From Alphaproteobacteria bacterium (GTDB lineage: Bacteria > Pseudomonadota > Alphaproteobacteria > UBA828), in NCBI GenBank assembly GCA_965200925.1, contig OZ241738.1, forward strand, positions 2,507,965-2,571,964: a stretch of DNA of 64,000 nucleotides, in the 5' to 3' direction. The notes under the pieces were generated by a model. The model was not told the origin of the DNA, searched no databases, and worked only from the letters and a program-made list of their open reading frames with translations. The translations under genes and the position numbers were made by a program. Below are positions 20,178 to 29,227 of this stretch, one piece after another; the stretch's first letter is position 1, and each line of letters begins with the position of its first letter.

Positions 20178-20316
20178 GAAGCGAGAGGAGGCCCCGGCCA
20201 TGTCGTTCTTCGCGAATCGATCCTCCCGTCATGCCGCGCGACTCGGCCCGGCGCTCACGGCGCACCCCGCCCGCCACATTGGCTTTAGTCGCAATCGCCG
20301 CCGGGGAGAACAGACG

Positions 20317-21792
20317 GTGCGCACCGGGAACCCCTTCAAGCTCGCACCCGTCCTCTGTCTCGCACTCGCCATCCCGTTCGCCCTTGCCGCGTGCGGCGGC
20401 GGCGGCGGCACGCCAGCGAAGACGGCACAGAATCCCACGCCCGGCGGTAGCTCGCCCACGCCCACCCCCACGCCCGCGCCCACGCCCCCGGCGCCGCCCA
20501 ACACGTCATACATGGGCGCATCGCCCGGCGCCGCGCCCTTGGCCGCACTCCAACGCATCATTGACAATGAAAATTACGGTCACATCAAATCCCCTGAATT
20601 CAAACGATACAATCGCGGCCCTAGCCTGGAAGACTCCGTAATACACGGCGGAAGTGGGGTACTTCTTGGAACCGAACTGCCGAAAGGCAGCAACGGCAAG
20701 GAATTGAACCGAGACAATCTTGCCCAACATCGCATTCACGAACTCTTCAATATCCAAAGCAGGACGGGTCTTGTCTTTCGCGGCTTGTCACCACTACAAG
20801 AATTGCCAACCATATACCACGACGACATAAACCAGAGATTCGCCAGCGCGGAAATCCTATTCAAGAACGGCTACGGGCTAAACCCTATCGAAAACAATTG
20901 GCCCAACATATCCTCAGCAAAAACGCAGAGGAGTTGCTACCAATACCACATTTCCAACAGCGGCCCATGTAGCGCCAATACCATAAACAACCCCGAAGAC
21001 CAGCTGAAAGTCAGATTCAACGACGCGGGACGTCCCTTATCTCCCCCCATTGAGATGGTCCAATATCGCGATTCCGAAGTAGCCTATCTCGAATATAGCG
21101 CTTTCTTTCTGAATCGAAGCCTCCAAATCAATAGTGCGATAGCGTACCTACCTCTCGATGACCCGATTCCTTCCTACATACGTTCCGGCAACTACCATGC
21201 GGCAAATTTCGGCGGAATGGCCGCAAGCGCAGGGCAAATGACAATTGGCGGCGCCAGCCCTCCCCCAATCGGCACTTGGAAAGGCGGAATGCTTGGCGTG
21301 AAGTATCCACTATCTCCGCGTAATAGTGGGGGCGTCGACCACTCAGCCCAACCGTGCCGCCATCCCGTAAGTAACGGATGCACATACAGCGAGGCAACGG
21401 CAGTCTGGGACGACCTAAGCCGGCTAACTGGCGACGTTACCTTTACCCTTATGGCCGGCGTTCCTCACAGCGAAGACCCGGGCGGCAGGTATACAGGCGA
21501 CGGACAATATCCTTTTTCAATCACTTTTTCGAACATATCCGACCAAGGGGTTGCCGATTGGACTTGGACAGGCGGGATAGAGTATGACGACGTACAGGGC
21601 GCCAAACTCATACCGATTGATTTGGCAGGCCATGCCACCGATGAACCCCCATCCTTTGGCGCAAATGGGAACAAAGGAGGCTTCCTCGGCGGCTTCTACG
21701 GCCCGAACTACGAAGAGATTGGCGGTACTTTTGTTCGCCAACCCGATAACGAATTCGAGATAACCGGCGCTTTCGGCGCAAGGAAGCAATAG
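20317..21792 (+). CDS. Surface lipoprotein with TbpB/Slam-substrate-like C-terminal beta-barrel (alternative in-frame starts 20176, 20200)
   Basis: Lipobox FALAAC-GGGGG, Pro/Thr linker, C-terminal GGFYGPNYEEIGGTF...ITGAFGARKQ; visibly lower GC than flanks. Confidence 0.75.
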   Translation: MRTGNPFKLAPVLCLALAIPFALAACGGGGGTPAKTAQNPTPGGSSPTPTPTPAPTPPAPPNTSYMGASPGAAPLAALQRIIDNENYGHIKSPEFKRYNRGPSLEDSVIHGGSGVLLGTELPKGSNGKELNRDNLAQHRIHELFNIQSRTGLVFRGLSPLQELPTIYHDDINQRFASAEILFKNGYGLNPIENNWPNISSAKTQRSCYQYHISNSGPCSANTINNPEDQLKVRFNDAGRPLSPPIEMVQYRDSEVAYLEYSAFFLNRSLQINSAIAYLPLDDPIPSYIRSGNYHAANFGGMAASAGQMTIGGASPPPIGTWKGGMLGVKYPLSPRNSGGVDHSAQPCRHPVSNGCTYSEATAVWDDLSRLTGDVTFTLMAGVPHSEDPGGRYTGDGQYPFSITFSNISDQGVADWTWTGGIEYDDVQGAKLIPIDLAGHATDEPPSFGANGNKGGFLGGFYGPNYEEIGGTFVRQPDNEFEITGAFGARKQ

Positions 21793-21812
21793 CCGCCGGG
21801 AAGGGTTGCGTC

Positions 21813-22031
21813 ATGGCGAACACAGACTCGACAACTCCCCGGGGAAGGCTTGCGACCAAGGCGGATTTCCGGCTTGGCATGGGGATATTCGCCGTTCTCG
21901 TTATCGGCGCCATCGCCTTGATGCAGGTCGATTTTGGCACTGCTTCAAAAGCCGCGCCCCAAACCGCAGGCACCACCTCAACTTTTGCAACCGGGACGAT
22001 CACGCATTGCCCCCCGAGTGAGTCGCGCTAG
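21813..22031 (+). CDS. Small membrane protein with LATKAD motif (DUF1640-related)
   Basis: LATKADF followed by one transmembrane helix GMGIFAVLVIGAIALM. Confidence 0.55.
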   Translation: MANTDSTTPRGRLATKADFRLGMGIFAVLVIGAIALMQVDFGTASKAAPQTAGTTSTFATGTITHCPPSESR

Positions 22032-22035
22032 CGCC

Positions 22036-22248
22036 ATGGCAGACAAACCCTTCGATACGCTTGCCGCGGCCCAGAAGCTCAAAGCGGCCGGCATCGCCGA
22101 AGCCCAAGCCGAAGCGATTGCCGAAACCCAAGCCGAAGCCGCACGCGCCGCCCGTAACGGGTTAATGACCAAGCTCGAGTTTTGGTCCAGCATCGCCGGG
22201 GTTACGCTCGCCATCCTCATCGCCGCCGCCGTCGGGAAGCTGGGCTAG
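22036..22248 (+). CDS. DUF1640/CCDC90-like membrane-anchored protein
   Basis: FDTLAAAQKLKAAGIAEAQAEAI head motif, LMTK neck, C-terminal TM helix. Confidence 0.75.
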   Translation: MADKPFDTLAAAQKLKAAGIAEAQAEAIAETQAEAARAARNGLMTKLEFWSSIAGVTLAILIAAAVGKLG

Positions 22249-22258
22249 CCCCCGGACG

Positions 22259-23290
22259 TCATTCGGCTTCCATCAGCCCCGCCAGCCCGGCCGCGCGCGC
22301 CGGGTCCATGCCCCCGCCTACCATGCTTTGAAACGCCCGCGCCCGGCCGCTCAAATCCGAAGCGAACAGGCCGTCGAAGGACAGCGCCAGGCCCGGCGTG
22401 TCGAGCTTGCGCGCCAACTCGACAGCGAGAATGTCGCCAAGGGGTTGCACGGTGCTATGCAGGAAGCGGCGCCAGGCTTCCCGCAAGCTCGTTCCGTCGC
22501 CGCCGTTCACAAGCTCCACAGGCACCCCACAGGCCGCGAGAATCGCCAAGGCCGCCCCGTCACGCAGGGAGACCAGGGGTTGGCCAGGCGCGGCCCCCAG
22601 GCGCCGCACGTCCCAATCTCGCGTGCCTTGCCGCGGCCCCTCCGCATCGTCGCCCCAGCCGCCTACCATCGTCGGCACGAGCGCCGTCTTGCCCCTCAGC
22701 GCCGTTATCACCGCTCGCAACGCGGTCGTGCTTTCGGGGTTGTCGTCATCGTCTTCGGCGTCCGCGTCGGGGTCGTCCGGCACCGGTATGAGATTGCCCC
22801 GCGGCCCGGCGGCTTCGTCGCCAAGCGCAAGCTCCGTTTCCGCCAGCACGCGGCCGGTGAGTGAAGCGCCTTGCAGCGGCCCGCGCCCGCGCCAGGGTTC
22901 CAGGCTCGGAGTCGACCAGCGAAGATGAACGACGTCGGCCGCCGCCGCGCGGATCACCCGCGAGTCCGAAGGCCCCGTGAGCGTCAAGTTGTAGCTCCAG
23001 GTTTCCTCGTCCGGCGTCGCGCCGTGGACGTCCCAATGCGAACACGGATCAAGACGCAGACCGCCGCGCCGGTAGGCGAGCCTGCCTACCCATTCGCCGC
23101 GCGTCACAAGCTCGCGCCCGGCGGTATGCAGCACCGCCGGGGTCACGGCCGCCGTCGCCGGCGTCGCCGGCGTGATGGAAGCCGCCGCCAGCGCCCGGCC
23201 GACGATACCGGCCGCCGCTTCCGCCGCCGCAATGATGGCGTCGGCATACGAGATCGATTGCCGCCGTTCCGGCTTTCTGAATGGCCACAT
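22259..23290 (-). CDS. Phage portal-like protein (HK97-type), orphan
   Basis: GGAGGT RBS; MWPFRKPERR start, RELVTRGE, DVVHLRW..PWRGRGPL, ILAACGVPVELV, RRFLHSTVQPL...ELARKL, DLSGRARAFQSMV. Confidence 0.75.
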   Translation of the reverse strand: MWPFRKPERRQSISYADAIIAAAEAAAGIVGRALAAASITPATPATAAVTPAVLHTAGRELVTRGEWVGRLAYRRGGLRLDPCSHWDVHGATPDEETWSYNLTLTGPSDSRVIRAAAADVVHLRWSTPSLEPWRGRGPLQGASLTGRVLAETELALGDEAAGPRGNLIPVPDDPDADAEDDDDNPESTTALRAVITALRGKTALVPTMVGGWGDDAEGPRQGTRDWDVRRLGAAPGQPLVSLRDGAALAILAACGVPVELVNGGDGTSLREAWRRFLHSTVQPLGDILAVELARKLDTPGLALSFDGLFASDLSGRARAFQSMVGGGMDPARAAGLAGLMEAE

Positions 23291-23347
23291 GGCTACCTCC
23301 GTAGCCAGAGGGTAAGATGACCGGGACCGACGGGCAGGGAGTGTGAC

Positions 23348-25375
23348 ATGGCGGCCTATCCGCACCTTTTCTCGGAATGGCAGATCCGCGAGACGACGAT
23401 CAAGAACCGGGTCGTCTTCCCCCCCACCTGCCCGAGCTGGGTCTCGGACCCGTGGAACGGGCTCTTCACCGACATGGCCACCGCCTACTACCGCGAGCGG
23501 GCGAAGGGCGGAGTCGGGCTCATCATCATCGGCGCGGCGCACGTCCACCCGAGCTCGATCATGGCGCCGCTGCTCATGCCGCAGCTCTTCGACGACCGCC
23601 AGATCGAGCCGCTCTCGCGCATCGCCCGCGCGGTCCACGCCGAGGGCTGCAAGCTCGCCATCCAGCTCTGGCATTCGGGCGTGCGCGGCTTCCCCACCTA
23701 CAAGCAGGAGGCCGCCTACGACCCGGACGCCACCTGGTATACGCTCTCGCCGAGCCAGGTGCCGCTCGGGGAGTTTCCCGGCGCCTCGACGCCGAAGGAG
23801 CTGGACGAGGACGAGATCGAGGAGCTGCTGGCGGCCTACGGGGCGGCGGCCGCGCGCGCGCTCGCCGCGGGGCTGGACGGCGTGGAGCTGCATCTGAGCC
23901 ACGGCTACCTGCCCTGGCAGTTCATCTCCCCCCTCTACAACAAGCGCACCGACCGCTGGGGCGGCTCGCTGGAGAACCGCCTGCGCTTCCCCGTCGAGGC
24001 ACTGGCGCGGATGCGCGCGGCGGCGGGCGAGGAAAAATTCGTCGGCTACCGCATCAACTCCACCTCCTTCTGGCCCGGCGACCTCGACATCGACGACGTG
24101 CGCACCATCGTGGCCGCGATCGAGCGCCGGGCGGACGTGGATTACGTCAACGTCTCGGCGGGCGTCCACCACGCCTTCATCCACACGCCGATGGAGTTCG
24201 AGGCCGGCTGGGAGCGCGGCTACGCGCGCAAGATTCGCGAGGTGTCGTCGAAGCCGGTGCTGCTGGTGGGCCGCATCACCACGCCGGACGTGGCCGAGCG
24301 CCTGCTGAAGGCCGGCGACGGCGACGCCATCTGCCTTGCCCGCCAGCTCTTCACCGACCCGTACTGGGCGAAGAAGGCGCAGGAGAACCGCGCCGACGAC
24401 ATCCGCTCCTGCGTCGCCGCCAACTTCTGCTGGAAGAGCGTGAGCCGGGGCGGGCGGGTGCAGTGCATCTACAACCCGGCCGTGGGCCGCGAGGCGACGT
24501 GGGGCGAGGGCACCCTCGACCGGGCGCCGGTGCTCAAGCGCATCCTGGTGATCGGCGGCGGCCCGGCGGGACTGGAATACGCGCGCGTCGCCGCCGCCCG
24601 CGGGCACGCCGTGACGCTCTACGAGGCCGAGGCCGAAACCGGCGGCCACGTGCGCGTGCAATCCCTGCTGCCGAGCCGCGCCGAATACGGCGAGATCGGT
24701 CGCTGGCTCGGGGCGCAGGCGGAGAAGAACGGCGCGACGATCGTCACCGGCGCGCCGGTGACGGAGGAGGATCTCGACCGGGCGCTGGAGGCCGTGGCCC
24801 CCGACCACGTGGTGGTGGCCACCGGGTCGCGGGTGGCGGTGGACGGCTTCCAGGGCTGGACGGGCGAAGCCCTGCCGGGCTGGGAAACGGGCAATTGCGT
24901 GGGCTGGGACGACGTGGCGACGGGGCGGGCGAAACCGCGCGGCACGGTCATGGTGCTGGACGATCTCTGCGACGTGGTGGCCCCGCTGACGGCCGTCGCC
25001 GCCAGGGAGGGGGGCGCGGACGCGGTGACCCTGGTCACGCGCTGGCCGATGGTCGGCATGGAAACCATCCTCGACGTCTATCTCGACTGGATCCTGCCGA
25101 AGCTCTACCGCGCCGGCGTGGAAGTGTGCGTGGACCATTTCGTGCGTCGCATCGCGGGCCGCGCGGTCACGCTCTACAACGTCCACCACGAGGAGGCGGA
25201 GCGCGTGCTGGAGGCGGACTGGATCGTCATGGCGACGGGGCGACGCTCCGAGAACGGCCTCGGCAAGGCGGTGGCCGCCCGCGGCCTTTCCGTCGAGACC
25301 ATCGGCGACGCCACCGCCCCCCGCTCCGCCTACGAAGCGGTCTACGAAGGCCACCGCCAGGCCCGCAAAATCTGA
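23348..25375 (+). CDS. Old Yellow Enzyme-type FMN/FeS/FAD oxidoreductase (trimethylamine dehydrogenase-like architecture)
   Basis: KNRVV, ERAKGGVGLII, GVELHLSHGYL, NKRTDRWGGSLENR, VIGGGPAG. Confidence 0.92.
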   Translation: MAAYPHLFSEWQIRETTIKNRVVFPPTCPSWVSDPWNGLFTDMATAYYRERAKGGVGLIIIGAAHVHPSSIMAPLLMPQLFDDRQIEPLSRIARAVHAEGCKLAIQLWHSGVRGFPTYKQEAAYDPDATWYTLSPSQVPLGEFPGASTPKELDEDEIEELLAAYGAAAARALAAGLDGVELHLSHGYLPWQFISPLYNKRTDRWGGSLENRLRFPVEALARMRAAAGEEKFVGYRINSTSFWPGDLDIDDVRTIVAAIERRADVDYVNVSAGVHHAFIHTPMEFEAGWERGYARKIREVSSKPVLLVGRITTPDVAERLLKAGDGDAICLARQLFTDPYWAKKAQENRADDIRSCVAANFCWKSVSRGGRVQCIYNPAVGREATWGEGTLDRAPVLKRILVIGGGPAGLEYARVAAARGHAVTLYEAEAETGGHVRVQSLLPSRAEYGEIGRWLGAQAEKNGATIVTGAPVTEEDLDRALEAVAPDHVVVATGSRVAVDGFQGWTGEALPGWETGNCVGWDDVATGRAKPRGTVMVLDDLCDVVAPLTAVAAREGGADAVTLVTRWPMVGMETILDVYLDWILPKLYRAGVEVCVDHFVRRIAGRAVTLYNVHHEEAERVLEADWIVMATGRRSENGLGKAVAARGLSVETIGDATAPRSAYEAVYEGHRQARKI

Positions 25376-25418
25376 ATTCGCTTTTTCGCGGGGTGCCGGC
25401 CTCCAGACCCGCAGCCGA

Positions 25419-25769
25419 TCAGCCGGCCTCGCCCGGCGGCACCGTCCGGTTCAGGAATGCATCGAACATCGGCACGGTGAAGGCCGTGTCCCCATGGGCC
25501 GGGCCGTAGGTCATGCCTCTCGCGACGAGCCGGTTCCGCAAGGGCGCGACTGCGGGCGCGTCGCGGCCGAGTACCCCGGCGATGTCGCCCGACCTGTGCG
25601 GCCCCGGGCCCAGCCGCACCATCGCGCGAAGATGGTCCCTCTGCCTCGGTGTGCAGCGATCGTAGTGGACCCGGAAGAACCCCGCGTCGAGCGGCGCCGC
25701 GGCGAGAGCGGTCGCCCTCTCCACGTCCGCGGCGGATTTTCGATGAACCGGGATAAACCCCGTATGCAT
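25419..25769 (-). pseudogene. C-terminal remnant of an AAA-ATPase/winged-helix protein
   Basis: LDAGFFRVHYDRCTPRQRDHLRAM...GPHRSGDIA...AHGDTAFTVPMFD; no P-loop domain upstream. Confidence 0.65.
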
Positions 25770-25783
25770 CGCGCCGGCGGGCG

Positions 25784-26920
25784 TCAGGCCATGACGATGC
25801 GGGGGGGGGCGCGGTCGGCGGAAGCGGCGGCGGAGGCGGCCTTGTCGATCAGCGCGGCGGCGATGCGCCGGTAGGTGCGGGCGTGGGGGCCGTCGGGGCG
25901 GTCGATGACGATGGGGCGGCCCGAATCCGAGGTCGTCCTGATGTCGACGTCGAGGGGAATCTCGCCCAGGAAATCGGCACCCAGCCGCCGCGCCGTCTCG
26001 CGCGCGCCGCCATGGTGGAAGAGTTCGGCGCGGTGGCCGCATTCCGGGCAGACGTAGTAGCTCATGTTCTCGACGACGCCGAAGATCGGCACGTCCACCT
26101 GCTGGAACATGGCGATGCCCCGGGTCACGTCCGCCAGTGCCACGTCCTGCGGGGTCGAGACGATCACCGCGCCGGTGAGCGGCACCCGCTGGGCCATGGT
26201 GAGCTGCGCGTCGCCGGTGCCGGGCGGCAGGTCGCAGAGCAGCACGTCGAGCGCGCCCCACTCCACGTCCCGCAGCATCTGCTCGAGGGCCTGCATGACC
26301 ATGGGGCCGCGCCAGATCATGGCGGTGTCCTCGGCGACGAGGAAGCCGATGGACATGCAGGCGATACCGTAATTGGCCATCGGCCGCAGGCGGCGTTCCC
26401 CGGCCATCTCGGGCCGCCCGGCGAGATCGAGCATCCGCGGGATCGAGGGGCCGTAGATGTCGCAGTCGAGCAGGCCGACGCGCGCGCCCTGGGCGGCCAT
26501 GGCGGCGGCCAGATTGACGGCGGTGGTGGACTTGCCCACGCCGCCCTTGCCGGAGGCGACGGCGATGACGCTGCCGACGCCGGGCAGCAGCGGCGGTGCG
26601 GCCCGCCCGGCCGCGCTCCCGCCCCCGGTGACCGCCGCGCCCCCGCCCCGGGCGGCGGCCGGCGCCGGGCGCTCGGCCGTCAGCACGGCGGTGACGGAGA
26701 GCACCCCCGGCAGGCGCTCGACCGCCGCCTCGCAGGCCTTGCGGAGCGGCTCCCCCGCCGCGCCCCGGTCCGGCTCCACCTCGAGCGCGAAGCCCACATT
26801 GCCGTCCTTCACCACGAGGCCGGAGACCATGCCGAGCGCCACCACGTCGCGCCCACGCGCCGGGTCCGCGACGCCGGCCAGCGCCGCCAGCACGTCCTTC
26901 TCGGTGACCGCCGCCATCAT
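25784..26920 (-). CDS. mrp: Mrp/ApbC Fe-S cluster carrier ATPase
   Basis: VASGKGGVGKST, DCDIYGPS, DLPPGTGD, VSTPQD, ENMSYYVCPECG. Confidence 0.95.
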   Translation of the reverse strand: MMAAVTEKDVLAALAGVADPARGRDVVALGMVSGLVVKDGNVGFALEVEPDRGAAGEPLRKACEAAVERLPGVLSVTAVLTAERPAPAAARGGGAAVTGGGSAAGRAAPPLLPGVGSVIAVASGKGGVGKSTTAVNLAAAMAAQGARVGLLDCDIYGPSIPRMLDLAGRPEMAGERRLRPMANYGIACMSIGFLVAEDTAMIWRGPMVMQALEQMLRDVEWGALDVLLCDLPPGTGDAQLTMAQRVPLTGAVIVSTPQDVALADVTRGIAMFQQVDVPIFGVVENMSYYVCPECGHRAELFHHGGARETARRLGADFLGEIPLDVDIRTTSDSGRPIVIDRPDGPHARTYRRIAAALIDKAASAAASADRAPPRIVMA

Positions 26921-27015
26921 TCCGCCCCGTCCGCGGCGCGCCGTTGCGCGAAAGAACGGTTTGACTTATAAGGCGCGGGTTGCGGCTTGCATAGCCTCGA
27001 GGGAGAAGCGACGTC

Positions 27016-28140
27016 ATGTCCTGGTCCAGTCAAGGCGGCGGCGGAGAGGGCCCGTGGGGCCGCGGCCCCGGCGGGCGCCCGCCCGGCGGCAGAGGCCGCC
27101 GCCAGCCGCCGCCCCCGCCCGACCTCGAGGAGATGCTGCGGCGGAGCCAAGACCGCTTCCGCCGCTGGATGCCGGGGCTGCGCGGGGCGCGCGGCATCCT
27201 GCTGCTCGTCCTGGTGGCGATCGGCATCTGGCTGCTCACCGGCTTCTACCGGGTCGAGCCCGACGAACAAGGCGTCGTTCTGCGCTGGGGCGAATGGACC
27301 CAGACCACCCAGCCCGGCCTCAACTACCACCTGCCCTGGCCGTTCGAGACGGTCATCCTGCCGAAGGTGACCAAGATCAACCGCGCCGAAATCGGCTATC
27401 GCACCCTGATCGATTCCAACAGGGGCGCGGTGACCCGCCCCGTCCCGGACGAGAGCCTGATGCTGACGGGCGACGAGAACATCATCGACGTGAAGTTCAC
27501 CGTGTTCTGGCGCATCCGCGACGCCGGGCGGTTCCTCTTCAACATCCAGGCGCCGGAGCGCACGGTGAAGGACGCGGCGGAAAGCGCGATGCGCGAGGTC
27601 ATCGGCAAATCCCGCCTGCAATCGGCGCTCGCCGAGGAGCGGCTGCTGCTGGCCCAGCAGACGCACCGGCTCACGCAGTCGATCCTGGACGATTACGGCG
27701 CCGGCATCGAGATCACCCAGGTGGAGCCGCAGGACATCGCGCCGCCCGAGGCGGTGATCGCGGCCTTCCGCGACGTGCAGGCGGCGCGGGCGGACCAGGA
27801 GCGGGCGAAGAACGAGGCCGAGGCCTACCGCAACGACATCATCCCGCGCGCCCGCGGCGCGGCGGAACGGCTCGTCCAGGAGGGCACGGCCTACAAGGAG
27901 GAGGTCGTCGCCAAGGCCCAGGGCGAGGCGGCCCGTTTCCTCTCCATCCACGCCGAATACGCGAAGGACCCCGCCGTGGTGCGCCGCCGCATGTATCTGG
28001 AAACCATGGAGGGGGTGCTGGCCGGGATGGACAAGGTCTTCATCGACTCCGCGGCGGAAAGCGACTCCGGCGTCGTCCCCTATCTGCCGCTGCCGGAGCT
28101 GCAACGCCGCCGGGGCGCGGACGCGCAGGCGGGGCAGTAA
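27016..28140 (+). CDS. hflK: FtsH protease modulator HflK
   Basis: GPWG, PPDLEE, PGLNYHLPWP, MLTGDENI, RMYLETME. Confidence 0.96.
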   Translation: MSWSSQGGGGEGPWGRGPGGRPPGGRGRRQPPPPPDLEEMLRRSQDRFRRWMPGLRGARGILLLVLVAIGIWLLTGFYRVEPDEQGVVLRWGEWTQTTQPGLNYHLPWPFETVILPKVTKINRAEIGYRTLIDSNRGAVTRPVPDESLMLTGDENIIDVKFTVFWRIRDAGRFLFNIQAPERTVKDAAESAMREVIGKSRLQSALAEERLLLAQQTHRLTQSILDDYGAGIEITQVEPQDIAPPEAVIAAFRDVQAARADQERAKNEAEAYRNDIIPRARGAAERLVQEGTAYKEEVVAKAQGEAARFLSIHAEYAKDPAVVRRRMYLETMEGVLAGMDKVFIDSAAESDSGVVPYLPLPELQRRRGADAQAGQ

Positions 28141-28143
28141 GCC

Positions 28144-29043
28144 ATGAGCACGCGGACCAAATTCATCATCGCCACCGCGGCGATTCTCGTCGCCATCGTG
28201 CTGATCCTGATTTCCACCTACAAGGTGCGGGAGGACCAGCAGGCGATCCTCCTGCAACTGGGCGAACCCCTCAAGGTGGTGAACCAATGGGGCACGGACG
28301 AGCCGGGCCTGCGCTTCAAGACGCCGTTCGTGCAGAACGTCGAATATTTCGAGAAGCGGGTCCTGGATTTCAACGCGCCGGCGGAAGAGATGATCCTGGG
28401 CGACCAGAAGCGCCTCGTGGTCGACGCCTTCATCCGCTACCGCATCGTCGATCCGCTCAGGTTCTTCCAGTCGGTCGGCAACGAGGCGGTGGCACGGGCG
28501 CGGCTGGGCGCGATCCTCAACGCCAGCACCCGCCAAGTCCTGGGCAAGGTCGAGCTGATCACCGTCCTCTCGGGCGAGCGCGCCAAGCTCATGACCGAGA
28601 TCCGCGACCAGGTGAACCGCCAGTCCACCGGCTTCGGCGTCGACGTGATCGACGTGCGCATCCGCCGCGCCGACCTGCCGGAGGAGAACAGCCAGGCCGT
28701 CTATCAGCGGATGCAGACGGAGCGCGAGCGCGAGGCCAAGGAGTTCCGCGCGCAGGGCGAGGAAGAGTCGCAGCGCATCCGCTCCCGCGCCGATCGCGAG
28801 CGCGTGGTGATCCTCGCCGAGGCCGAGCGCGAGGCGCAGATCCTGCGCGGCGACGGCGACGCAGAGGCGAACCGCATCTCCCGCGAGGCTTACGGCCGGG
28901 ATCCGGAATTCTACGCCTTCTACCGGGCCATGCAGGCCTACCGCGAATCCCTGGGCGATGACGACACCACCATGGTGCTGTCGCCGGACAGCGAGTTCTT
29001 CCGTTTCTTCGGCGAGATCGCCGGCGGCCAGACCCCGGAGTGA
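28144..29043 (+). CDS. hflC: FtsH protease modulator HflC
   Basis: PGLRFKTPF, DQKRLVVDAF, DVRIRRADLP, DPEFYAFYR, LSPDSEFF. Confidence 0.96.
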   Translation: MSTRTKFIIATAAILVAIVLILISTYKVREDQQAILLQLGEPLKVVNQWGTDEPGLRFKTPFVQNVEYFEKRVLDFNAPAEEMILGDQKRLVVDAFIRYRIVDPLRFFQSVGNEAVARARLGAILNASTRQVLGKVELITVLSGERAKLMTEIRDQVNRQSTGFGVDVIDVRIRRADLPEENSQAVYQRMQTEREREAKEFRAQGEEESQRIRSRADRERVVILAEAEREAQILRGDGDAEANRISREAYGRDPEFYAFYRAMQAYRESLGDDDTTMVLSPDSEFFRFFGEIAGGQTPE

Positions 29044-29227
29044 GCGGCATCCCCCCGACCCCGCTCCTGCGTTGAAGAAGAGGGAACAGGCGGGCATCGC
29101 GCCGGCAGGCGCGCGCTTGGCACGCGACGAGGCCTGCACTCCGGAAGAAGTGAACGAGCGTGTTGCCCGAAGGGCGCGCAAACGCTAGAGTACGGCAAAT
29201 CACCACCAACGGAACGGGAAACGACCA

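Noticed and set aside
22259-25354. 1031-aa minus-strand ORF as one protein
   Set aside because: The N-terminal ~690 aa are the antisense shadow of the OYE gene; only the portal part has an RBS and protein-like sequence
25801-25809. G9 tract as a phase-variation site in mrp
   Set aside because: It lies in the last few codons, so a slip would only alter the extreme C-terminus
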